Source: Takakia lepidozioides (taxonomy: Eukaryota > Plantae > Bryophyta). From it: 64,000 bases of DNA. The position numbers and the translations under genes were made by a program. Location: the NCBI GenBank assembly GCA_030704615.1, contig CM060731.1, positions 51,770,001 to 51,834,000 on the forward strand, given 5' to 3'. Position 1 is the first letter of the stretch; every line of letters starts with the position of its first letter. Below the pieces are notes generated by a model, which saw only the letters and a list, made by a program, of their open reading frames with translations, did no database searches and was not told the origin of the DNA. This document shows positions 51,316-64,000 of the stretch, one piece after another.

Positions 51316-52115
51316 AGGGACATCATATGCGGCAGCTCTTCGTCAAGATGCTGCCAATGGACCAAGGACCCTCCAATCAGCTGGCAGAGATCATCAACGC
51401 CGCTTCCAGGACTCATCTGAGTTTGACAGAGAAATAAACTGGAAGCATGTCAGCGGCAGACGTTCCACCAGGCTCAGCTTCGATCATTCCTAAACTACAT
51501 TAACTCATCCACTCACCTGCCTTCTTCCATTTCTCTGGTTGTTGACTGCCACTTGCAGGGCTCCCTCCGCTACCTCTCGTCTTCTCCCAATCCTCCCTCA
51601 ACGCTTCAGCAAATCGTACCGTCACAAGCAATCCGAGTTACCTCCTTCCCAGTCGGTCCAGACTACCCCTCCCTTGCTGGAATGCAAGGTTACCATCGGC
51701 TCCTTCTCGACCTCGTCGTTTCTCAACATCCTTTCAAATTTAGTCTCTCATGATAGATTCTCATTTCTGCATGTCTCTCTTTATAGATTTCTCTCTGCAA
51801 GGTTTTCATAAGCGTTGTCAGTTACTCTTAAGATCAGAGGTAGGGTTGTAGTAGGTCTGCTCGACATCCTCTTTACCAAATTTCGCCCTCCAATCGAGAG
51901 CTCACAACTCGTGGTCTCTGATTCAGTCATAGCTCGTTCCTAGGAGTTAGTCTAGGGCTATAGCTATAACTTTCATCCGGCAGGATGGTTCTCTCTCGAC
52001 ATTGATCTCTGGTGTGCATGCTTTATGGCCCCTCTGGGGTTTAATTTTTCCCCATTCAAATAAAGTTCAGGGCTTCACCCCTTTACCCCCAAAAAAAAAA
52101 AAAAAAAAAAAAAAA
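51316..52115 (+). mobile_element. Probable 3' end of a non-LTR (L1-like) retroposon with poly(A) tail
   Basis: AATAAA at ~52059 followed by a 25-nt A run at 52091-52115; 5' side abuts the CACTA end. Confidence 0.5.
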
Positions 52116-53372
52116 CTTGAAATTCAATATCAAGTCCAAAAATTATGAAACTGCCTCAATGCACCCTTACTCGTCGAGGGCTTTCCAAGGGGAAGACAAT
52201 GTAGTAATTAGAGTACTAGCCAGTGGGACAAGGTTTCATGTTCACCGCGCAATATGAGATAAGTTTTGTACAACCAAGAAAAGTAGGATGTATGGTGAAC
52301 CTGAAACCATTGTAACCTTTAAAAGAGCTATGACCTTTGATCTTAAGGTAATTCACAGTTAATTCAGTTGGAAAAAAAGATGGTAGTAAAATTTCAATCA
52401 GGGCTTCCATCCCATGTTCCTTTAAAAAAACATTAAAAAAAAAAAAAGACTACTTGTGATTTTTGTATTCAATCGTCTCATTTGGGGTCACCTCTTTGTT
52501 TGTGTAAGCATGAAGCTTCTTCAATCTGAAAAATTCCACCTCTCTAGTTCATCAAGTTTGTCCACGGTGTACTCGATCATGTTGTGTTTTCTAATTTAGG
52601 TTTCATGACAATTTCCAAAGCCCTTTGGATTAGAGGATTGTTGACCTTCAAGTTCACAATACAAAGAAACAAGTTCAATGGAAACATTCAACTTCTAAAC
52701 AAACCTAGTTGGATATTTTTTGGCAATAGTCAAAAAATGAAAACTAGGTGTAAGTGGGTAGCTTTGTGAGTTCTAAGGCTATTCTTGGGCCCAATAATTG
52801 TGTCAAACAAGTTTTAAATGACTAAGATATGCCAACTAGACAATAAATAATTTAATATCATCATATCTCTTTTTTCAATAGATTGCATTGTGGTAGATGT
52901 GTTCATTACAATAATTTGAAATCTTGAAAATAGACGTTTATAATATACTAACTAATAAAATCTTTCATTATCGATAATGGGACCTACAAATGTTTAAAAA
53001 TAAGGGTTCTTGTAGCTACAAACAGAAAAACTTGTATTGATTAAATGTGCATGGTAACATAGGCATCGTAAGATGTAGAAGGTTAGATCGTGCGATAGAG
53101 AATTTTTTTAATCGTTGGATGTGTAAACATGTAACTGTTGGACTATAGCAATGGACTGCTGCAGTGGACCCGCATACACAAATGCTTTAAAGCAATCCAT
53201 CTGACGGCAATACGCTCTCTCACTGCTATTATCACTAACAAAAGGCTGCTTGAATCCAGTCTATCCGCTATCTCTTAGGTACCCCCGGGTACCCTTTCTC
53301 CTTTGGTTGCTGGGTGCCCCCCGGGCACCCTCTAGTTTCATAGGGCCCACCCCCGAAAGGGGGCAGTAGCCA

Positions 53373-53648
53373 GGGGCTGTGACAGGCTGTGGCGGGCTGT
53401 GAGAGGATGTGCCCTGTGACCCTCTGACCTGTGATAGGCTGTGGCTGTGACCCCTGTGACCTGTGTAGGGCTGTGACAGGCTGTGAGGGGCTGTGCCCTA
53501 TGGCCTGTGGGGCTGTGACGGGCTGTGACAGGCTGTGGCCTTTGGGGCTGTGACCCCTGTGACCTGTGTAGGGCTGTGACAGGCTATGATGGGCTGTGAG
53601 GGGCTGTGACAGGCTGTGCCCTGTGGCCTGTGGGGCTGTGACAGGCTT
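53373..53648 (-). repeat. TCACAGCC-type minisatellite, inverted relative to 35205-35470
   Basis: Shares higher-order strings such as CACAGCCCTACACAGGTCACAGGGGTCACA and CCCCAAAGGCCACA. Confidence 0.85.
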
Positions 53649-53729
53649 GTTTTATGAATTGTGCTGTTGCCGCTGTTGTCTCCAGTTGACCATCTACCCA
53701 CTTGTAGCCGCTGTGAGCTATTGAAGAAG

Positions 53730-55640
53730 GTGCCCCCTTCCCCCATCATTTGATCATAGGTCTCCATACCATGTCCCTGCTCTACATACCCTGCAAGCAT
53801 CGCGTTCCATGACACCACATCTCGTTCAACCATAGTGTTGAAAACTCCCTTCGCATCCTTAATGCACCCACATTTCGCATACATGTCCACCAGGGCAGTG
53901 TTCAGAATGACATCTGGTACAATTCCAGCTTTGATGATGTCACCATGGACCTCTTTCCCTTTTTCCAGAGGTCCCAGGCTTGCACACGCATTGCAAACAC
54001 AAACAAACGTGATGTGGTTGGGCTTCACCCCTTCGCACAACATTTGCTCATAGGTCTCCAAAGCATTCCTACCACACCCATGCTTGGTAAATCCTGCCAA
54101 CATTATATTCCACGTAATCAAAGATCATTGAGACTTTCTGTTGAAAACTTCGTGAGCATGCATGCATGATGCTCCTGCACTTAACATACATGTTTGCTCC
54201 TGCACCCACATTTTGCATACATGTCCACCAGGGTATTGTTCAAAATGACATTTGGTACAATTCCAGCCCTGATGATGTCGCCATGGACCTCTTTGCAAGC
54301 CCTTTTCCAGAGCTGCCATGGCTGTGTTCAGAATGACATTTGGTACAATTCCAGCTTTGATGATGTCACCATTCACCTCTTTGCCCTTTTCCAGGGCTGC
54401 CAAGCTTGCACAAGCATTGCGAGTGCACACAAACGTGATGTGGTCGGGCTTCACCCCTTCGCACATCATTTGCTCATACGTCTCCAAAGCCTCCATCCCG
54501 CGCCCCTGTTGTGCATTCACTGCGAGCATCGCACTCCACGACACCACATTTTGTTCAGCCATATTGTTGATCACTCCCTTTGCATCCTTGATGCTCCCAC
54601 ATTTGGCATACAAGTCCACCAGGGCAGTGTTCAGGATCACATCTGGTATGATTCCAGCTCTGACGATGTCGCCATGCATCTCTTTGCCCTTTTCCAGGGC
54701 TGCCAGGCTTGCACACGCACTGCAAACGCACACAAACGTGATGTGGTCGAGCTTCATCCCTTCACACATCATTTGCTCATACGTCTCCAAAGCCTCCATC
54801 CCGCGCCCCTGCTATGTATACCCTGCGAGCATCGCACTCCACGACACCACATTTCGTTCAGCCATATTGTTGAACACTCCCTTTGCATCCTCGATGCTCT
54901 CACATTTGGCATACATGTCCACCAGGGCAGTGTTCAGGATCACATCTGGTACGATTCCAGCTCTGACGATGTCACCATGCACCTCTTTGCCCTTTTCCAG
55001 GGCTGCCAGGCTTGCACACGCACTGCAAACGCACACAAATGTGATGTGGTCGGGCTTCACCCCTTCCCCCATCATTTGCTCATAGGTCTCCAAAGCATTC
55101 CTACCACACCCATGCTTGGTAAATCCTCCCAACATTATATTCCACGTGATCAAAGATCATTAAGGCATTCTGTTGAACACTTGGTGAGCATCCATGATGC
55201 TCCCGCACTTAACATACATGTTGACAAGGGTGTTGAGGAGAAAAACATTTGGCGTGAATCCACTTTGGATAATGTGAGTTTGCACCTGCTTTTCAGCTTC
55301 CAGGCCTTTCACCTTGATGCACTTATGCAAGAGACAGACATACGTATCTGAATCTGCTGAAATGCCTCCTTGGTTTAAAGTCTGTAGAGCCTTTGTCAGT
55401 CTGCTTGCCTCACAAAGCATCTTCACATGCCCATAAGTGCCAGAAGAGACATTATGGACTCCCTCTCTTGATCCGCTTCCAGAAGCTGTGGTCACGGTTC
55501 AGGTGCCTGGTTTTATCAACTGTGCCGCTGCAGCTGCTGCCTTCAGTTGACCATCTACCCATGCAGGTTTCTTGTGGCTATTGATCCACAGGGAATCATA
55601 GGTAATTTTGTGCTTGAAATCAGGCCCTCTTGGAAGAATC
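53730..55640 (-). pseudogene. PLS-class pentatricopeptide repeat pseudogene, no E/DYW tail visible
   Basis: Repeated NTALVDMYAKCG...A..VF..M...VVSW..M..G...G...ALETYEQM..EGVKPDHITFVCVCSACASLAALEKGKEVH; in-frame stops at 55160, 55157, 54812, 54125; disrupted near 54200-54320. Confidence 0.9.
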
Positions 55641-58099
55641 TGTACCGACTCTCTATCCCTGCTTCTTCAGCTATCCATGCGTCTGCACAAATCATGCATT
55701 CATCCTTGCCTTGTTGCTAGCAGCTGACAATAACAGCCTAGACACCCAACTCAGCTTATGACCCTAGTTCCTATGTTGAATTGCGTCGATACTCTCTGTA
55801 ATCTAACAGACATTCACCTTTTTTGCCTCGATTGTCTCACCGTTAATTGGGGTCACAAAAGTATCCATTCCACAACTTCTCCTCATCTCTGTTACATACT
55901 TTCTTGTTGTCACATTGGCAGTATCATGTCAAACTCGCTGCAAACTAGATTCACTCAACCAGCTAACTTGCAGAATTCAACATGGAAATTTAGGGCCGAT
56001 TCTGTGATTGGAAAGAGAACCCAGAGGGATGGAATGGAACCAGTAGCATGGGTGTCTCTCTGATGCATCAACAGACAGCGGTCAGACCAAGTTCTATGAC
56101 CCAAACCCAGAGTGAGCACAATGGCTTTGTAAGGCCAATGCCTACAGGGCATATTCAATACTACAATGAGGATACGCAAGCAGCAGATACCATGTGCAAA
56201 TAAAAAAACAACAAAGGTGGTGAAGGTGTGCAACCTGCCAAAGAGAGGGCGGAGTTGAGGAAAGATGAAGCAACTACAGACATTGGGAAATGCTCTGATG
56301 CGGGCAGAAGGGAAGACCCAGGCCCTGTCGGGGTTCAGCTGGAAGAAGAACAAGCTGCTGACAGCAACAACATGGAAGCAGAGTGGATACAAGTTGATTT
56401 TGACAAACCTGAGTCCATCAGACAAGGCATCAAAAGGCCCAAACAAAGAACACTGTGCAAAATCTGTAATAACATGAGACACAGTCGTCACACACTAACC
56501 CAACATGGGTCTTGGCAAACTTTCAGCAAAGCTGAAACAATCACAGAAGCAAAAAAAGGGGCAGGACCTCAAGGGAAGATGTATGGAGTACCTTTTGCAG
56601 TGATCAATGAGTATGTGGAAGGAGGAGAAGCTTACCCACTGCCAAGCACGGAGTACATGATGCAACCAACAGCACAAGTATCATGTCAGTTCACTCATAA
56701 TGAGTGGAGGCACTGGATGAGTTGGACGAGATATACCATATAAGTGATCACACTCCAATAAGACTACAACAACACCCCACATCAACATGTTGACACGAGG
56801 AAGTGCAAAGAAGGCCGAAATAGGGGATGGGATGCCTATTCTGCAGAAATCCAGCCAAGACATCAAGGATTTAGGGCAAAAACATGGATTTGGTGAAGAA
56901 AAATGCATTGGCATGGACAACATCTACAGCTCAGCAGGGTTTGAGCGCCAACCAGAGATAATCATGGGAGAGGGTGACAAAAGTGAGGAAGAAGCCAAAA
57001 CACAAAGCCTTGACGCATTCACTGAAGATTGGGCAGACAAACAGATAAGAGAAGACAGCTCGCAAGAAACGGATAAGAGGGAAAAACAGGGTGAAATGTG
57101 CTGAAGGAGGTGCCTTCAGTAGAAGTGCCTGACCTTATCAATTGTGCCGCTGCTGCTGCCGCTTCCAGTTGACCATCTACCCATGTAGGTTTCTTGTAGC
57201 TATCCTTCCACAGGGAATCATAGGTAATGTGGAGCTTGAAATCCAGCCCTCTTGGATGAATCTGGACCCACACTCTATCCCTGCTCCTTCAGCTATCCAT
57301 GCCTCTGACAGCCTAGAATTCTACCAGCAAACACCCCAACCATACGAAACACCCCAACCCTACTTATCACAATCTAAAATGCATCTGCTTCTCTCTGTAG
57401 TCCAACAGGCATTCGCCTTTTTGTCTCCATTGTCCCACCATTGACTGGGGTCGGAAAGTGTTCACCCCAAAGCTTCTCCTCACCTCTATTATATGTTTTT
57501 GGATACTTCCCTGCTGGCACACTGGCAGTAACTTGCCAAAGTCACTCCAAACCACCACAGATCTACCCAACGACCTAACTTACAGAATTCAATATGCATC
57601 TTACGGCCGAATCTGATGAGAGGGCAACACAGGCTGAAATAGGTTGAAGAAGAAGGTGCCCTACCACATTGTCCTTCACCTGTCCTGACCCATGGAGGAT
57701 TTGACCAACCATCAACCTAAAAGGACCTCTTGTGTGTGCTGCTTGTGTCTGTAGTCAGGTAATGTTGGATTGGTCTGTGAGATCGAACCACTACGGCGTA
57801 GCTGAGTAGTCAGAGATTGAAACACGCCTGCTAAGACCAAGCTGACTCTCCCAAGAACGGCGAGTTCGCTTCTCCTCGTCTCGTCTCCTCCTCCTCTTCT
57901 CCTTCGTGCATCATTTGCTCAACGCCTCTATCCCACGCCCCTGCATATCCTGCCATCATCGCGTTCCATCCCTTGGCTATGTGGTGTGGCGCAGGAGACA
58001 AAAAAAAACGCCAAGTCCCAGCCCTCCTTTCTGTTCACGATTACCCTAATGGACAACCTTATTAGTAACTTTTTAATTTTTTTAAACCTAATGGGCAAC

Positions 58100-58442
58100 C
58101 GTATTTGCATTATATGTGCCTTCAAAACGACACGTGTAGTGATGTAGTCGTATAAATAGAGCTGTGAAACCATCTTCAGTCATGGAGTCATAAGATTCCA
58201 TGAAACGTCGTCCACGTGTAGTCAAACATATCACACTAGTCATATAAACCATCCCTGTCATCATGGTCAACAATGTTTGACCAATGCTCCCTAACTTTCC
58301 GGAGTCATGTAGTGATATCCATTACTACAAAGTCATAAAACTATGACTGCAATGCATTTCAGCGCTCTGTAGTCATCTACCTAGTGCAGTTTTTATGACT
58401 CCGCCAAAGCCGTAGTCCTAAAAACGCTCATCTCTTGTAGTG
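58100..58442 (-). mobile_element. Second CACTA element end, same family and orientation as the first
   Basis: Reverse complement begins CACTACAAGAGATGAGCGTTTTTAGGACT at 58442 (27/29 identical to the 51315 end); GTAGTC/AGTCAT subterminal repeats. Confidence 0.78.
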
Positions 58443-61400
58443 CCTGCCCCATGAGTGTTGGAATTTGCGGAAGATCCCAGGTCAGCGTCCGGATCCCTGC
58501 TGATGTCTGCAATCATTTTCACCCAAGCATTCCTTGCCTCAATTTGAACTTCATAAAAGATGGTGGCTAACAACACAAAGAGACATGTCTTTTCTCTACT
58601 CAGGGTCCAATTGCATCTGACCTTCCAGATGTTCCATAGTGTGATTGATCGGAACGCTTCAAAGACAGGAGAATGACTGTAGATCCTGTGAGACAAAATG
58701 TCATAGTTCAGCAGCTTTTGAATTGGGGATGGTGAGCCTGATTTCCAAGTGTTCATTATGGGGATGAGTCGAGACCAGGTTTTTGAAGGGATGCTACAGT
58801 GAAGGAGACAATGCTCCAGCGATTCCCCTATACCCAGGCTGCAGCATTTGCATATTAATGCCTCTGAAAAGGAAAGCCAAGCTCCCACCTTGAGAACCCG
58901 GTTTGCCATTTGCCATAGAAATGCAGCCACTTTTGCAGATCTGACCTTCTTCCAGATGTTGGCCCAGATAAGGTTCCATTTCGCGTGTTGGAGGCCCTGA
59001 CCTGCCCACTTGGAGGACCATTTGATCTGGAATTGGGGTGATTTAAGCAACGAGCGGTATGCTGCTTTGGCAGAATAATTAAAGAAGGAGGGACGGGAGG
59101 TGTCAAAGTTCCATGACCATTCTTTAGGGTCAATAGCCAGCCCCATGAGAGGACCTCCTTCCCCCAAAGGAACAAGTTTGAGGATAGCCAGGTAGCCGGT
59201 GACTGGTCAGGAGGCGCGGAAGGGTTCATGTCTTTGTCGGCAGATGACCAGTGGCATATTCTCACAGGGGTGAATTGCCCACCGGAGATTTGTATGGGAA
59301 ACAGGGAATAAAGCCTGAGATAGTTGGATAGATCCAACCTATTAAGAACCAGCCTCGAGAAATGGTCTGTTTTCGTATCCGTAATGTAAATGACCTGGTT
59401 TGGGGAATTGGAACAGGTGACCCAATTGCCAGGACTACCTTGATCTGGCCCTGAGATGAGAGCTTGTTTCCAAGTATCTGGAATCCTTTGCAGTAGCAGT
59501 TGGTAGCCCGATATGCCTCTTTGAATACCTACTATGTCATTGATTTGGTCTTGGGATAAGAAGGCCCGCCCACTCCAAATATCCTTTATCTGAGTGATGT
59601 GCAATCTATCCCAGGCTGAGAACCTTGCTGCAGAGGCTCTCTCAGATGCGGAAGGAGTGTTCGAGTTGAGGGTGAGATATTGGCGCATTGTTTCCTCATA
59701 ATTTTGCGGATCAGCTTTAACCAGGCGAGGTCTAATTAAGTTCCAGATTGCCCATATAGCTCTCCAAAGAGGTGAGCCCAAGGACTTGTGTTTAAATCCA
59801 TGTGTAATCCATCTCAATGATGGGTTCCACAGTTTAGATTTGAGAGAACTATTTAGGATGTGCCCATAAACTAGGTGCTTCCACCAGCCACCCTCTGGTC
59901 CCAACAATCTGACCATCCACTTGCCCAATAGAGCATAGAATTGGGTCCCCGGATCAATAACACCCAGGCCTCCCTTCTTCTTTGGAAGACATATCAGATA
60001 CAGTTGGTCTTGGGTTTTTGTCGCTGGAATCTGCCCTCCATATAAAGTTACAGATAGTTTTCTGAATCAGTTTGATTTGAGGAAAAGAGGGGCTCCAAAC
60101 AGAAGCAAAATACCAAATGCTGGCCAGAAGGATCTGGTTGGCAACCAGTGCCCTTCCGGTAATGGATAAATGGCGGGAACCCCAGTAGACTAATTTCTTT
60201 TGGAGCTTGGAGATGACATGGCCAAACCTTTGATCATCAGACAAGTTCACTCCGAAGGGATGCCCCAATAGTGTTGTGACCTCACCATTACCCAGCCATC
60301 TCAGGCCCATTTCTTGGCCCCAGTTTGGAGTCTGCCCTATGGGAGAGTTGTTTGTATCTCCAACTAAGATAGCTACCGTTTTTGACCAATTTACTTTGAA
60401 GCCTGAAGCCTCACAGAAGGTAGAGAGTGTGTTTGAAGCTTCCTGCAGGTTGCTTGCCGAGGCATGCAAGTAAAGTGCTGTATCATCAACAAACATTGAG
60501 TCTTTGATCTGCAGGTTGGGGTTTGTTTGGGTTTGAATTTTCAGCCCTGTTATGTTGGGGTTGTTGTCTAAATCCCAAGGAGTCAGCGACAATGAGGAAG
60601 AGGAATGGGGCCAGTGGACATCCCTGGCGGTCAAAGGGTTTGGAAATGAAGCCATTAAGCGAAACCCTACTGGAAGCGTTGAGTAGGAGGATCTTGACCC
60701 ATTGACAAAAATCCTGAGAGATCCCTGTCTTCTGGAGTGTGGCAAATAGCATTGGCCACTCAACCTTGTCAAAGGCTTTCTCAAAGTCCAAGAGGAGCAT
60801 GGCTATGGGCTGGCCAGTTGCCCCAGCAAAGATTGGCGTTTCTTGAGCAAGGAGAATGTTGTCCAAAATGTATCTGCCCCTAATGAAACCTGCTTCACCC
60901 GGTCTGATAATTGTTGGGAGGAGAGGCTGGAGGCGCAATGCCAGAGCCTTAGCAATAATCTTATAGGATACGTTGAGTAATGTAATTGGTCTATAGTTGG
61001 AGATGTCTTTCCTATCCCCTTTCTTGAAAAGCAGAGTTATAATGCCTTGAGACATCATCTGGGGCATGGAGCCCTTTTTTTTAATCTCATTTGCCATTAT
61101 GCAGAAGTCAGATGAAATAACCGACCAGAGAGCTTTGTAAAATTCTACTGGCATCCCATCAAAGCCTGGTGCCTTCCTATCTGACATGAGCTTAATTGTG
61201 AAGTCCAGTTCTGATTGGGTGAACTCCCCGTCCAATGAGGCAGAGTTGGGTAGGCCTAGCTTGGTTTGGTGACTTTGAAGACAGGTTCCCCTTGCAGCTC
61301 TGATACTTGGAGAATCATTTCTGCTTTTGAAGAGTGCATGGAAGTGTGAATGAGCTACAGATACCATGTTTCTGGGCTCTGAGGATACATGTCCTTGAGG

Positions 61401-61450
61401 GTGTTTCAGTTCAGAGATAATCTGTGAAGTCCTTCTGACTTGGACCTTCT
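58443..61450 (-). mobile_element. L1-clade LINE ORF2 remnant (RT and zf-RVT), truncated at both ends
   Basis: KAPGFDGMPVEFYK, NYRPITLLNVSYKIIAK, LDFEKAFDKV, RQGCPLAP, MFVDDT, GFKVNWSKT, CKCC...ESLEHCLLHC, WNIWKVR; several frameshifts. Confidence 0.93.
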
Positions 61451-63576
61451 AAAAAAAAAAGTCTTTTTTGTCACTGGAAATTCATGAAAAATAGCAAATT
61501 GGGTTTTTTCCTGGAAGCCTGATTGGCCCCTTCATATTTCTTTTGGTACACATGGTCAGAAATGTATGTAGGCCACCCTAGTTAAGATAATATGAAGGTG
61601 GTCGGCTCGGACGGAGCGTGTGAAAGGAACAAGGTATCCCCACGGTATTAAGGGAAATACGGAGGTGTGGTTCACAGTTCATACCCAGTTCTTTGAAAGC
61701 TGTGATTTGTTGTGACGCAATTGATGTAAATCAAAGGAAGAGAGTGAAAAGGGAGTTTTCATTTTGCCTAGCTGTAATTGTAAACATCTGTATATCGAGT
61801 ACCTTTATGTCTGAAGTGCATAACTTCATGGTAAGCTAAATGGTCCAATATGAAGGATAAATGTTTCAGTGCAAACTCAAAATCTGGGACCAATAGAATC
61901 TTGTAAACTTGCAATCTAAGTGGATAACAGGTAGTATCTCAGATGTGTGGTCCTCTGGAGGCATTTGAGATAAGTGCTTCCATTGATCTAAGGTAGCTGT
62001 GGTTTTTACAACAGTTCCTCCCACTTTTTATACACCCCAGAGATAAAGGACTCCGAAAAAAAGAAAAACTCCAAACTGTCCACAAAGAACACAAGTTTTG
62101 TGGTTAACTTTCTAGTCTCCTTCTGTGATCATCGTCTGTACCCAAACACTATTGTGAAACATAGTTTCCACTGCCAGCATCAGTGTGCAATTGTATGGGG
62201 GGATGGGGAAGCAAACTCTCTTATCTTCAAGTTCAAGCATGAATGATTGAGCTTGAATAAAAGTCTGTTCCCTTGTAGGTTTGGTTCATGACACATCCGT
62301 GCTTTCATAGCTTGCAGTTTCCCATAAGCAATGGTGTAGCCTATGCAGCAGAAAAAAACAGGGGGAGTTGTCCTGTTGTTGCTACACATGCATGGTTTCC
62401 AATGTTGGGGCAGTATGAGAATCAGAACACCACAAACCCAAAAAACAAGTAATGAGCAAATATCCACATATAACTTCCATCCCCTGTTTGCTAGTCAATT
62501 TCCTATTTCCTCAAAACTGTAATCTTGCCTTGCAACAGAATGAAGTGCTGTCTCTAACCTTCATCTGCAATGCCCTATCCTTGGTCACACTCAATGAGCA
62601 CCAGCCCACCGCCAGCTTGAGTCAAGAACAATACTTGCCTAGAGACTTCAACTCTCTCATCAGCATCATTAGATGGCTAAATTAGGGAGAACTGCTTCTC
62701 TGAAATGAGGAATGCCGGAGCAATTCCACCAAGCGCTCTAGTTATGGCCGCCATGCTGGGCCAGGTTGTCGAAAAATTAGGTTGTTCAAATATCATCTGT
62801 TTCTCAGATACTGCTTGCTACACTTTCCATCAATACAACAAAATCCTCAGTCTGCTTCAGGTTGTTTGGTCCATGGCCTTCAAAAATCAACAGCCTGTCG
62901 ATGTGAACCTTCCATGGATCATCCTCTTCCTTCAGCTCGAATCATCGACAACGCCTTTCATTGCCATGAACAGAGCTCCTCCTAAACAAACACAACAAGT
63001 GTAACTCTCACTCCAATTCTGCCCCATCAAAAAGCAGTACAAAGGTGCTGTTGGTAGCCGGTAAGCTCGTTCCAAAGCCTTGAGATCGTCTGCTCCATAT
63101 CAATCCGCGTTAGGACCTACGAAGGCCCGCTTCCCTTATCTCCAAACACAGATCCGAGTTATCAAGCATGACTGTGTTCAGTTTCAGTTTCGCTGCTTCC
63201 TGTCCTATCTTCTTCTATAACTTCGATGTAAACAATTTCCCCGTGTCTATTGACCCCTCTCAAATCCCGATACCAAAGTGTGAAGATATGGTAACAAAAA
63301 TAATGAACTCCTATTCAGAACCAAGACCACTTTCCACCGGAAACTGCATGCCGAACCCTACACCCAAGCACTCTTTAATCTGTCCCAAGAAAACACACCA
63401 TCAAGGACTATCCCCGAACATCAACAGTTTCTCGCTATCTCTTTCTCAAAATCTCTGCCAGAAATCTCAATATCAAAATGACTGCCAGGCTCTAATTCAA
63501 CAGTAATGCCCCACTGATCTTCCAAGGCTCCAATGAAAAACAAAATTGCCCCAGAAAGGAGGCTCAAAGGCGTTTA

Positions 63577-64000
63577 CTAGATGGCTAAATATCTCCGAGA
63601 GAGCTGTTTCCCTGCCACGAGGCCTGCCGCTGCAATTCCTCCCAGAGCTCCAGCTATGGCCGCCGTCCGCGGACCAGCAGCCGCCTTGTACAACGCCCCA
63701 GTCCCTAGCCCCGCAACAACGTTGTTCAATATGTCATCAGTCCCTCGGACATGGCTTGTTGCACTTTCCATTCCAGCATACAGGAGACCTAAAATCCCCA
63801 GAGTGTTGCCGGTTGTTCGCCCTCTATGGCCTGTACCATTCAACACCCTGTTAATGCGAACCTTGGTTGTGTCACCCTCTTCCCTCGATCGCAATCCGTC
63901 CACAACGCCTCTGGCGCCCCCGAACACAGCTCCTCCTAGATACCCACAACCCGTGTAGTAGGTCAAATTCTCACTCCAGTTCCGTCTTTGCACCGCGGCT
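63577..64000 (-). CDS. TIM23: Mitochondrial inner-membrane translocase subunit TIM23, 5' end outside the window
   Basis: RRNWSENLTYYTGCGYLGG...KVRINRVLN...GNTLGILGLLYAGMES...DDILNNVVAGLGTGALYKAAAGPR. Confidence 0.93.
   Translation of the reverse strand, partial: AAVQRRNWSENLTYYTGCGYLGGAVFGGARGVVDGLRSREEGDTTKVRINRVLNGTGHRGRTTGNTLGILGLLYAGMESATSHVRGTDDILNNVVAGLGTGALYKAAAGPRTAAIAGALGGIAAAGLVAGKQLSRRYLAI

Noticed and set aside
54194-55351. 385-aa and 255-aa plus-strand ORFs
   Set aside because: Antisense shadows of the repetitive minus-strand PPR frame; no independent domain signal.
56228-57104. Plus-strand ORFs with a CKICNNMRH motif
   Set aside because: Incomplete zinc knuckle, fragmented frames, no family assignable by eye.

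Overview
Eukaryotic nuclear DNA, most likely from a non-seed land plant; this is inferred from spliced plant genes, PLS-class PPR repeats and the repeat types, and the species cannot be fixed. The left 23.6 kb is gene-dense, all on the minus strand: an M18 aspartyl aminopeptidase-like gene with a substituted catalytic Glu, a zf-4CXXC_R1-like zinc-finger ORF, RPL31, and a complete SPRTN/Spartan protease (SprT to UBZ4). From about 24 to 61.5 kb is a nested transposon island, and TIM23 runs off the right edge. The most notable object is an 11-kb decayed Ty3/Gypsy-type element (26283-37237, minus strand). It carries a C5-cytosine DNA methyltransferase domain between protease and RT, and a PHD finger at the integrase C-terminus. 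A perfect 16-nt self-complementary sequence replaces the tRNA primer site. Its terminal repeats are split/permuted (X-internal-Y-X-Y), although it has a DDE integrase, TGTC...GACA ends and a 4-bp GTGG target duplication. It interrupts a Ulp1 SUMO-protease gene lying next to a pogo-type transposase remnant. The island also holds palindromic repeat arrays, a SWIM-finger remnant, two CACTA ends, a PPR pseudogene, an RPL31 fragment and L1 fragments. Exon and repeat coordinates were read by eye.
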